A stretch of 48,376 nucleotides of DNA, from NCBI GenBank assembly GCA_937907975.1, contig CALEQS010000296.1, positions 1-48,376 on the forward strand. The letters are read 5' to 3'. Within the stretch, counting starts at the first letter, position 1; the number at the start of each line of letters is the position of its first letter. A program made the position numbers and the translations under genes. Positions 42,155 to 48,376 of this stretch are shown here, piece after piece. This stretch comes from an uncultured Clostridia bacterium. Its GTDB lineage: Bacteria > Bacillota > Clostridia > Oscillospirales > Oscillospiraceae. Below the pieces are notes generated by a model. The model was not told the origin of the DNA. It ran no database searches and worked only from the letters and a program-made list of their open reading frames with translations.

Positions 42155-44395
42155 TCACCCGATGGTCTCATTCACCCGCCGCACCTGCACCAGATTGGTG
42201 TGCTGTGGATTACCGTGGGCGTAGGGCGTGTCCTCCAGCGTTGTAAGCACATTGATGGAACCGCCCAGATCTGTCCCTCGCCCATCAGGCGCATACCACG
42301 CCCCCTGGGCCAGCGCCGCCGTGCCGGCACAGATGCACTCCGTCACCTTCACCGGGATGCGCAGCCTGCCCCGTGCGTTCCAGACCTCGGCCAGTGCACC
42401 GTCCTCCAGTCCCCGCTCCGCCGCGTCAGCGGGATTCAGCCAGAGCCGCTGAGGATCCAGCCGCTCCAGCGCCGGGTTCTGGTCATGGATGCTGTGACAG
42501 CGCCGCTTGGTGTGCCAGCCGATGAGCTGCAGGGGATACTCCGCCAGCTTTAGATCCTGCGGCCCCTCGGGCGGGGCCACATAGCGCGGGATGGGCGGAA
42601 AATACGCCTTATATTCTGTCCGGGCGACCTTGGGAGAATACAGCTCGATCTTCCCGCTCTCCGTCGGGAAGGGATGCGTTTCCGGATCGGCGCAGTTCTT
42701 CTGAAAGGCGATCTTCGGAGCGTCGTCTCGATAACGGTAGACTCCCGCTCGCTTGAAGGTCTCAAAGTCCGGCAGCTGGAGCTCCGCGCGGCGGGTGGTG
42801 TGGTAGATAAACTCCAGCCACTCCCCCATAGTTCTCCCCTCGGTAAACTGCTCCTTTAACCCGAGTTTTTCCGCCACCTCGCTCAGCCAGTCGTACTCAA
42901 GGCGCCCCTCATAGAGCGGCTCCACTGCCTGATTGTTGAAGCCTACAAAATCGCCCCACATCCATGGGGTCGTAATATTCTCGCACTCCAAATAGGAGAC
43001 GCCGGGGAGCAGAATATCCGCAAATTTGGCGCTGGAAGTCATAAACAGGTCACTGCACAGGATAAATTCACACTTGGAGGTATCTCTCAGCAGCGCGGCG
43101 GTGCGGTTGATGTCGCCGTGCTGGTTGATGAGGCAGTTACCCGCCAGATTCAGGATCATCTTGATGTCGGACTCCAGCCGTTCGCCGCCCTGCACGCCGT
43201 CCACCGCCGTCATCTCATGCCCCCGCTCCACTGCCTGTGTCCAGCAGTAAGCTGGAATAGACATGGGATAGGGATTCTTCACCTTGGGCAGCTTGGGCTC
43301 CTGATGGCGGTGGCAGCGGCCCACACCAGCGGCCCAGCCGCCGCTGACGCCCACATTGCCCGTCATGCAGGCCAGCAGGATCGCCCCCCGGGCACTCTGC
43401 TCTCCATAGGCATGGCGCTGCGGGCCGTAGCCCTGCATCAGTACAGCGGGCTTCGCCGCGGCATACCGCCGGGCCAGAGAACGGATCGTGCCGGCAGAAA
43501 CACCGGTGATCTCCTGCGCCCACTCCGGCGTCTTGACCACGCCGTCTACCTCGCCGGTCAGATAGCTGAGCACGCAGTCCCGCGGATCTGACCTGGCGGG
43601 CATATGGGCCTTGTCAAAGCCCAGACAGCACCGATCCAGAAAGGCCTGATCGTGGAGCCCCTCACTCCAGATCACATAGGCCATGGCATCCAGAAGGGCG
43701 GCATCCGTGGCCGGGCGGATGGGCACCCACTCCGCCCCCAGCGCATCCACAGTGTCACTGCGGCGGGGGTCGATCACGATCATCGGAATGCCCTTCTCCC
43801 GCGCCCGGCGCAGATAGTGCATACTCACGCTGTCGAACCGTGTCTCCGCCGGATTGTGGCCCCAGAGCAGGATGAGATGGCTGTTCAGCCAGTCCTCCGG
43901 GCTGTTGCCCGACTCACCGGTGCCATACATCAGCTCGGTGGCCTGCGCGATGCAGGCGGTGCTGTAGGAATTATAGCGACCCAGATAGCCCCCGTCCAGA
44001 CTCAGCAGGCGCTTGGCCAGCTGCTGGGGTTCAATGGCGGCGCTCACGCCGGTGGCATAGTTGACATAGCGGGAGCCCGGGCCGTATTTGTCCCGGATGC
44101 GTACCCACTCATGGGCAATGCGGTCCACGGCCTCCGGCCACGGGATCGGAACAAACTTTCCCTCGCCCCGCTCCCCCACCCGCAGAAGCGGCTGGCGCAG
44201 GCGGCCCGGGCCGAGGAAGGTCTCGTGGGAGTGAAGCCCTCTGGCACAGGCATAGAGGGGCACGCAGTCCCCCGCCGCCTCTGGGGTATCCGTGGTCATT
44301 CTGACCACCTTTCCATCCCGCACATGGGCGTGCAGAATGCACCGTCCGCCGCAGTTGCAACGCCCGGTGGTGTGGATGATCTTCTCCTCACCCAT
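42155..44395 (-). CDS. Molybdopterin (bis-MGD) oxidoreductase, DMSO-reductase family, DmsA-like catalytic subunit without a Tat signal (746 aa)
   Basis: RBS AAAGGAG. The N-terminal 4Fe-4S motif HTTGRCNCGGRCILHAHVRDGKVVRMTTD resembles DmsA (CGVNCGSRCPLRMHVVDGE). No twin-arginine leader precedes it. Confidence 0.8.
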   Translation of the reverse strand: MGEEKIIHTTGRCNCGGRCILHAHVRDGKVVRMTTDTPEAAGDCVPLYACARGLHSHETFLGPGRLRQPLLRVGERGEGKFVPIPWPEAVDRIAHEWVRIRDKYGPGSRYVNYATGVSAAIEPQQLAKRLLSLDGGYLGRYNSYSTACIAQATELMYGTGESGNSPEDWLNSHLILLWGHNPAETRFDSVSMHYLRRAREKGIPMIVIDPRRSDTVDALGAEWVPIRPATDAALLDAMAYVIWSEGLHDQAFLDRCCLGFDKAHMPARSDPRDCVLSYLTGEVDGVVKTPEWAQEITGVSAGTIRSLARRYAAAKPAVLMQGYGPQRHAYGEQSARGAILLACMTGNVGVSGGWAAGVGRCHRHQEPKLPKVKNPYPMSIPAYCWTQAVERGHEMTAVDGVQGGERLESDIKMILNLAGNCLINQHGDINRTAALLRDTSKCEFILCSDLFMTSSAKFADILLPGVSYLECENITTPWMWGDFVGFNNQAVEPLYEGRLEYDWLSEVAEKLGLKEQFTEGRTMGEWLEFIYHTTRRAELQLPDFETFKRAGVYRYRDDAPKIAFQKNCADPETHPFPTESGKIELYSPKVARTEYKAYFPPIPRYVAPPEGPQDLKLAEYPLQLIGWHTKRRCHSIHDQNPALERLDPQRLWLNPADAAERGLEDGALAEVWNARGRLRIPVKVTECICAGTAALAQGAWYAPDGRGTDLGGSINVLTTLEDTPYAHGNPQHTNLVQVRRVNETIG

Positions 44396-44428
44396 GCCGT
44401 TCAGCTCCTTTCCAATTCAATTGCCTCC

Positions 44429-44457
44429 ATTTTACCCTTTTCCAGAGATGAACGCAA
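44429..44457 (-). promoter_or_regulatory. Candidate promoter for the molybdoenzyme gene
   Basis: The minus strand reads TTGCGT (forward 44452-44457), a 17-nt spacer, then TAAAAT (forward 44429-44434). It lies directly after the upstream terminator hairpin. Confidence 0.4.
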
Positions 44458-44488
44458 CAAGGCGGAGACGGCAAATGCCATCTCCGCC
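44451..44488 (-). terminator. Terminator after the Fe-S protein/cupin operon
   Basis: On the minus-strand RNA, GGCGGAGAUGGCA pairs with UGCCGUCUCCGCC (one G-U). It is followed by TTGTTGCGTT. Confidence 0.6.
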
Positions 44489-44547
44489 AAGCGTGTCACA
44501 GAAATCCGCCCGCCGAAGTAGGCGGAACGGGAATGAACAATCTCCTA

Positions 44548-44877
44548 TTAAAACACGACCACCAGCATCATCTTGAACTGCTCCTGACCGAACACCGCAT
44601 GAGGATGGGCGGCAGGCATGACGATGGACTCGCCCTCGTGGAGCTCATAATGCTTGCCGTCAATGGTGATCCGGCCCACACCGTCCAGGCAGGTGACAAA
44701 GGCATCGCCCTCGGACTTGTGGGTGCTGATCTCCTCACCCTTGTCAAAGGAGAACAGGGTGATGCTCAGCGCGTCGTTCTGAGCCAGCGTCTTGCTGACC
44801 ACCTGACCGGCCTGATAGGCCACCTGCTCCTTCAGGGTGAGCACCTGTGCCTTCTCGATATTCTTGATCATTTCCAT
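44548..44877 (-). CDS. Cupin-domain protein (109 aa)
   Basis: ORF trimmed to ATG 44877, preceded by AAGGAGG. The cupin motifs are GEEISTHKSEGDAFVTCLDG...GESIVMPAAHPHAV. Confidence 0.8.
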   Translation of the reverse strand: MEMIKNIEKAQVLTLKEQVAYQAGQVVSKTLAQNDALSITLFSFDKGEEISTHKSEGDAFVTCLDGVGRITIDGKHYELHEGESIVMPAAHPHAVFGQEQFKMMLVVVF

Positions 44878-44891
44878 AATAAAGTTCCTCC

Positions 44892-45614
44892 TTAGTCCAA
44901 AATTCTGCCGTCCACAGAGAACGTCACAACCTGCCACGGGATAAACTTGCCGCTGGCGCGCAGCGCGTTGACCGCGGCCTGCTCCAGACCACCGCAGCAG
45001 GGCACCTCCATACGCAGGACGGTGACGCTCTGAATGTCGTTGTCTGCAATGATCTCGGTGAGCTTTTCCGTGTAGTCCACCGCGTCCAGCTTGGGACAGC
45101 CGATGATGGTCACCTTTCCCCGCATGAACTCCTGATGCACATTGGCATAGGCGTAGGCGGTGCAGTCAGCGGCGATCAGCAGCTTTGCGCCCTGAAAATA
45201 GGGGGCCCGGGTGGGCACCAGTTTGATCTGGCAGGGCCACTGGGCCAGCTGAGAGGGCTGGCGGGCCGGCTCCGCCGGGGTCTCCGCTTCAGCTGAACGG
45301 TCAAACTGGTGCATCCGGGAGCCAGGACAGCCATGAAACACGCGCTTCTCGACCTGCTTCGGCCGCGCTGCCGCCTTTGCCTGCTTGCTGGCCAGCACCG
45401 CCGCCTCGTCATAGGCCGCAGCCTCCCGCTCTACAAAGGTGATAGCCCCTGTGGGACAGTTGGGCAGACAGTCGCCCAGACCGTCGCAGTAGTCGTCCCG
45501 CAGCAGCCTGGCCTTGCCGTCCACCATGCCGATGGCGCCCTCATGGCAGGCTCTGGCACAGGCGCCGCAGCCGTTGCACTTTTCCTCGTCGATCTCTATG
45601 ATTCTTCGGATCAT
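44892..45614 (-). CDS. 4Fe-4S dicluster ferredoxin-domain protein with a Cys-containing C-terminal domain (240 aa)
   Basis: RBS AGGAGGA. It has CNGCGACARAC and CDGLGDCLPNCP ferredoxin motifs. The C-terminal domain contains IIGCPKLD and EVPCCGG. Confidence 0.8.
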   Translation of the reverse strand: MIRRIIEIDEEKCNGCGACARACHEGAIGMVDGKARLLRDDYCDGLGDCLPNCPTGAITFVEREAAAYDEAAVLASKQAKAAARPKQVEKRVFHGCPGSRMHQFDRSAEAETPAEPARQPSQLAQWPCQIKLVPTRAPYFQGAKLLIAADCTAYAYANVHQEFMRGKVTIIGCPKLDAVDYTEKLTEIIADNDIQSVTVLRMEVPCCGGLEQAAVNALRASGKFIPWQVVTFSVDGRILD

Positions 45615-45627
45615 CCGCTTATCCTCC

Positions 45628-45656
45628 TTGATTTTATGGTTAAATTATAGTATAGT
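45628..45656 (+). promoter_or_regulatory. Candidate promoter for the Crp/Fnr gene
   Basis: TTGATT (45628-45633), a 17-nt spacer, then TATAGT (45651-45656). The palindrome would then lie in the early transcribed region, which allows for autoregulation. Confidence 0.35.
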
Positions 45657-45685
45657 CAAGGCCACAATTCGGTGGTTATAACCAC
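45644..45685 (-). promoter_or_regulatory. Candidate Crp/Fnr-dependent promoter: 14-bp palindrome GTGGTTATAACCAC plus a TATAAT -10
   Basis: The perfect palindrome lies at 45672-45685. On the minus strand it is followed by 22 nt and then TATAAT (forward 45644-45649). That puts the palindrome centre at about -41.5 if the hexamer occupies -12 to -7. Confidence 0.45.
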
Positions 45686-45700
45686 GAAAGCGGGAAAATT

Positions 45701-46360
45701 ATGAATTTAACCAGTCTGCCCCTCTTTCAGGGGCTTTCCGCGCCGACGCTGACGGCCATGCGGAAGCACGGCGCACTGCGCGTGCGGACATTTGAAAAGG
45801 ATGAGGTCATTTTTCACACCGGCGATGTGGTGCACGAGCTGGGCATCGTGCTCTCCGGCCGCGTGCAAATCGAGAATATCGACCTCTGGGGCAGCCGCAG
45901 CATTCTGAGCAGCGTCGGCCCCGGCGAGACATTCGCGGAGACCTACGCCTTCTGCCGCGCCCCGTTGATGGTGGACGCGGTGTCCGCCCGGAAGAGCGAG
46001 GTGCTGTTCCTCGATCTGGATGTGGTGCAGGGCTGTCCAGTCTGCTCCGGCCAATGGGCGGGGACGATTCAGTCCAACCTCTTGAAGGTGTTCGCCCGCA
46101 AGAACCTGACCCTCTCCCAGCGTATTTTCTGCACCAGCGCGAAAACCATACGCGGACGGCTGTTGACCTATCTGTCCGCCCAGGCCGTTCAGCACGGCTC
46201 CAGCAGCTTTGAGATCCCATTCAACCGCCAGCAGCTGGCCGACTACCTCAATCTGGACCGAAGCGCCCTGTCCAAGGAACTGGGCAAAATGCGGCAGGAG
46301 GGGCTGCTGGAATTTCAGAAAAACCGCTTCACCCTTTACTCCGATCCGTTGGAATTTTGA
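45701..46360 (+). CDS. Crp/Fnr-family transcriptional regulator (219 aa)
   Basis: It has a cNMP-binding-like N-domain (LFQGLS...FEKDEVIFHTGD....LGIVLSGRV) and a C-terminal HTH (RQQLADYLNLDRSALSKELGKMRQEGLL). There is no FNR-type N-terminal Cys cluster, but a CPVC motif sits in the linker. Confidence 0.85.
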   Translation: MNLTSLPLFQGLSAPTLTAMRKHGALRVRTFEKDEVIFHTGDVVHELGIVLSGRVQIENIDLWGSRSILSSVGPGETFAETYAFCRAPLMVDAVSARKSEVLFLDLDVVQGCPVCSGQWAGTIQSNLLKVFARKNLTLSQRIFCTSAKTIRGRLLTYLSAQAVQHGSSSFEIPFNRQQLADYLNLDRSALSKELGKMRQEGLLEFQKNRFTLYSDPLEF

Positions 46361-46363
46361 GCA

Positions 46364-46398
46364 TAAAAAAACAGAAGGCCGAGGCCTTCTGTTTTTTT
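46364..46398. terminator. Bidirectional terminator between the crp-like gene (+) and nanA (-)
   Basis: The sequence is AAAAAAACAGAAGGCC GA GGCCTTCTGTTTTTTT, a perfect stem with an A-run and a T-run. Confidence 0.9.
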
Positions 46399-46407
46399 GC
46401 TTTTCGA

Positions 46408-47337
46408 TCAGCCGATCCACTTCTTCATGGCGGCGTCGATCATCTCGACACACTTCTCGACCTGAGGCATATCCTCGTCCACCAGATTGTAGAGGGGCTC
46501 GCGGACACCACCAATGTTCAGGTTCTCGCGGCGGCGGAGCACTTCCTTGATGGTGGCATACATATTGCCCTTGGTGCCGCACAGCGCCATGATGATCTGG
46601 AACACATCATACTGCACTTCCTTGGCAGTCTTGACATCGCCCTTCTGGACAAGGTCATAGATCTTCAGGATCAGCTCAGGCATGACACCATAGGTGCCGC
46701 CGATGCCGCCGTCCGCGCCCATGACCAGGCCGGAGACCAGCTGCTCATCGGGGCCGTTGAACACGACGAAGGGACGGCCATTGCGGGTGCCCTCGATCTT
46801 GAAGGTCTCGATGTCCTGCACGGGCATGGAGGAGTTCTTGACGGCGATGACGTTGGGGTTCTTCAGCATCTCCTGGAACAGAGGCATGCTCAGCTCCACA
46901 CCAGCCAGCTGGGGGATGTTGTAGATAACGAAGTCAGTGTTGGGGGCTGCCTTGCTCATGGCGTTCCAGTAATCGGCAATGGCATAGACAGGCAGGTGGA
47001 AGTAGATGGGGGGAATGGAGGCGATGGCGTCCACACCGACGCTCTCGGCGTGACGGGCCAGCTCCACGGAATCGCGGGTGTTGTTGCAGGCCACATGGGC
47101 GATCACGGTCAGCTTTCCCTCGGCTGCGGCCATGACGTTCTCCAGCACGATCTTGCGCTCTGCTACACTCTGGTAGATGCACTCACCGGAGGAGCCGCCC
47201 ACATAGACGCCCTTGACGCCCTTCTTCACCAGATGGCGGGTCAGCTCCTGCACACGCTCGGGGGAGATATTGCCCTCGTCGTCATAGCAGGCATAAAACG
47301 CAGGGATAATGCCCTGATACTTGGAAATGTCTTTCAT
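46408..47337 (-). CDS. nanA: DapA-family aldolase, probable N-acetylneuraminate lyase (309 aa)
   Basis: RBS AAGAGGAAA. The sequence is IPAFYACYDDEG.I....V..L..HL...GV.GVYVGGSSGE, with a Schiff-base Lys context of IAVKNSS. The neighbouring YhcH-family gene supports a sialic-acid role. Confidence 0.65.
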   Translation of the reverse strand: MKDISKYQGIIPAFYACYDDEGNISPERVQELTRHLVKKGVKGVYVGGSSGECIYQSVAERKIVLENVMAAAEGKLTVIAHVACNNTRDSVELARHAESVGVDAIASIPPIYFHLPVYAIADYWNAMSKAAPNTDFVIYNIPQLAGVELSMPLFQEMLKNPNVIAVKNSSMPVQDIETFKIEGTRNGRPFVVFNGPDEQLVSGLVMGADGGIGGTYGVMPELILKIYDLVQKGDVKTAKEVQYDVFQIIMALCGTKGNMYATIKEVLRRRENLNIGGVREPLYNLVDEDMPQVEKCVEMIDAAMKKWIG

Positions 47338-47440
47338 ACTCTTGTTTCCTCTTTTCCGAATTCCCTATATCTTTCAAACCGGGAGGGGCCGTCCCGGCGC
47401 ATTGCACAAGATAGCCCCTTTCGGTCAAAAAGTCAAGCGC

Positions 47441-47887
47441 TTACAGCTTAAACTTAAACACTGCCTTGCGGACATGCTCCGGCCCGTCCACCTGCATTTT
47501 GATCTTGTGGGCGTCCCCCGGGAACACCACCAGAAAGCTGCCGGGCGCAAGCAGAAGCGTATGCTCCGCCCCGCCGCGATAGGCGATGAAGTCGTTCTCC
47601 GGGGTGCGCTCAAACTCTGTCAGCGTGTCGGGGTGCGAGATGCACACCTTCTCGCGGCCCTCCAGCATGATATGGATGTCGCCATAATGCTCATGGGCCT
47701 CATAGAAGGCCTCCGACTCCGGGATGGTGTCATAGTCAAAGCAGTTCAGCCAGACATTGTCGCCGTCCATATCGTAATGACCGCTCTCCAGACCATCCAG
47801 TCCGGACAGGATGCGCCGCAGGGCGGCATCCAGATTGGCATTCAGGCCTAGATACTGCCCGGCGTCCTGATTCTTTGCAAGGATCAC
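47441..47887 (-). CDS. YhcH/YjgK/YiaL (DUF386) family protein (148 aa)
   Basis: The GTG start at 47887 overlaps the upstream ATPase stop as GTGA. The sequence ...YEAHEHYGDIHIMLEGREKV...VVFPGDAHK is typical of the family. Confidence 0.75.
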   Translation of the reverse strand: MILAKNQDAGQYLGLNANLDAALRRILSGLDGLESGHYDMDGDNVWLNCFDYDTIPESEAFYEAHEHYGDIHIMLEGREKVCISHPDTLTEFERTPENDFIAYRGGAEHTLLLAPGSFLVVFPGDAHKIKMQVDGPEHVRKAVFKFKL

Positions 47888-48376
47888 AGCAGGTTCTCCT
47901 CCGTCTCAGGGTCAAACAGGTGCACGAGGTCGGCCGGGAAGCTGATGGCGATCTTGGTGCCGTACTGCAGACCGCCGCGCTGGCTGGCGTCCAGCTCCGT
48001 GGTGGGGATGCGCACGACCACATCCTTGCTGTGGCAGGAGACGTGCAGGTGGACCTCACTGCCCATCATCTCGCTGACGTCCACAGTGGCCTCCATGGTG
48101 TCGGTGCCGGCGGCAGACTTCATGACCATGTGCTCGGGGCGGCAGCCGAGGACGACTTTGCGGCTGTCATAGCCCTTGGCCTTCAGTGCATTCTGAATGC
48201 GCTGGGACAGCGGCATCTCTGCGCCATTGCACTTCACGGCGTAGCCGTCGCCGGTCTTGACCAGTTCGGCGTCGAAGAAGTTCATCTGAGGCATTCCGAT
48301 AAAGCCAGCCACAAACACATTGGCGGGGTGGTCAAAGACCTCCTTAGGGGTGCCGATCTGCATGATCCAACCATCC
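47884..48376 (-). CDS. MalK/UgpC-type sugar ABC transporter ATPase, C-terminal part (5' end outside window)
   Basis: The frame stays open to the window edge (...DGWIMQIGTPKEVFDHPANVFVAGFIGMPQMNFF...). A TOBE-like regulatory domain follows. Confidence 0.8.
   Translation of the reverse strand, partial: DGWIMQIGTPKEVFDHPANVFVAGFIGMPQMNFFDAELVKTGDGYAVKCNGAEMPLSQRIQNALKAKGYDSRKVVLGCRPEHMVMKSAAGTDTMEATVDVSEMMGSEVHLHVSCHSKDVVVRIPTTELDASQRGGLQYGTKIAISFPADLVHLFDPETEENLL

Noticed and set aside
44396-44547. Possible Moco riboswitch in the 152-nt region upstream of the molybdoenzyme gene.
   Set aside because: The region is explained by a terminator hairpin for the upstream cupin operon (44461-44488), a second short hairpin, a TTGCGT-N17-TAAAAT promoter and the RBS. 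I could not recognise the conserved Moco-motif elements. A covariance-model scan (Rfam RF01055) would settle it.
1-48376. CRISPR arrays, rRNA or tRNA genes, IS elements or transposases, and toxin-antitoxin or known defence-system genes.
   Set aside because: None were found. No spacer exceeds about 280 nt, no regularly spaced direct repeats were seen, and every sizeable ORF has a housekeeping, transport or regulatory assignment.

Overview
GC-rich, gene-dense chromosomal segment with GGAGG-type ribosome-binding sites. Gene content (DegV, YolD/Y-family polymerase, FeoB-associated Cys-rich peptide, SufCB-like pair) suggests an anaerobic Firmicute of the Clostridia; that assignment is inference only. 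I see about 45 protein genes and many hairpin terminators. I found no rRNA, tRNA, CRISPR array, IS element, integrase or obvious prophage or defence island. Many ORF-track entries are antisense shadow ORFs, or carry spurious N-terminal extensions that I trimmed to the start codon with a Shine-Dalgarno. The track also prints GTG/TTG starts as M.

Layout:
- 1-1.6 kb: M20 amidohydrolase 3' end, papain/C39-like protein, HD hydrolase.
- 1.7-7.1 kb, all on the minus strand: feoA-feoA-feoB, a small Cys-rich peptide missing from the ORF track, a DtxR-like regulator, DUF2325, DUF3793 and flavodoxin. Every spacer in this block carries a GGTTAG (DtxR-box-like) motif.
- 7.2-10.7 kb: FliB-like Cys-cluster protein, PHP phosphoesterase, and a two-gene SufC/SufB(D)-like pair.
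- 10.9-15.1 kb: argF, HAD hydrolase, DUF1653-shikimate kinase fusion, MocR regulator.
- 15.2-21.0 kb: a lysR / TRAP dctQMP / enoate-reductase-like module between two terminators, visibly decaying with at least 8 lesions.
- 21.0-25.8 kb: radical SAM, TetR, nifS, rrf2, SDR.
- 25.9-30.0 kb: TVP38, an orphan PduU/EutS and EutP/PduV pair, NUDIX, YolD and Y-family polymerase.
- 30.1-41.3 kb: degV, pepF, a membrane protein and an Opp-type peptide ABC system in which every component is enlarged.
- 41.4-46.4 kb: BtrH-like protein, signal-less DmsA-like molybdoenzyme, cupin, Fe-S protein and a divergent Crp/Fnr regulator with a 14-bp palindrome.
- 46.4-48.4 kb: nanA, yhcH and the 3' part of a MalK-type ATPase.

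I do not see a clear-cut new multi-gene system. The best leads are the iron block with its shared operator motif and two DUF genes, the localized pseudogenization of the TRAP/enoate-reductase module, the Crp/Fnr palindrome upstream of the Fe-S/cupin operon, and the orphan microcompartment gene pair.
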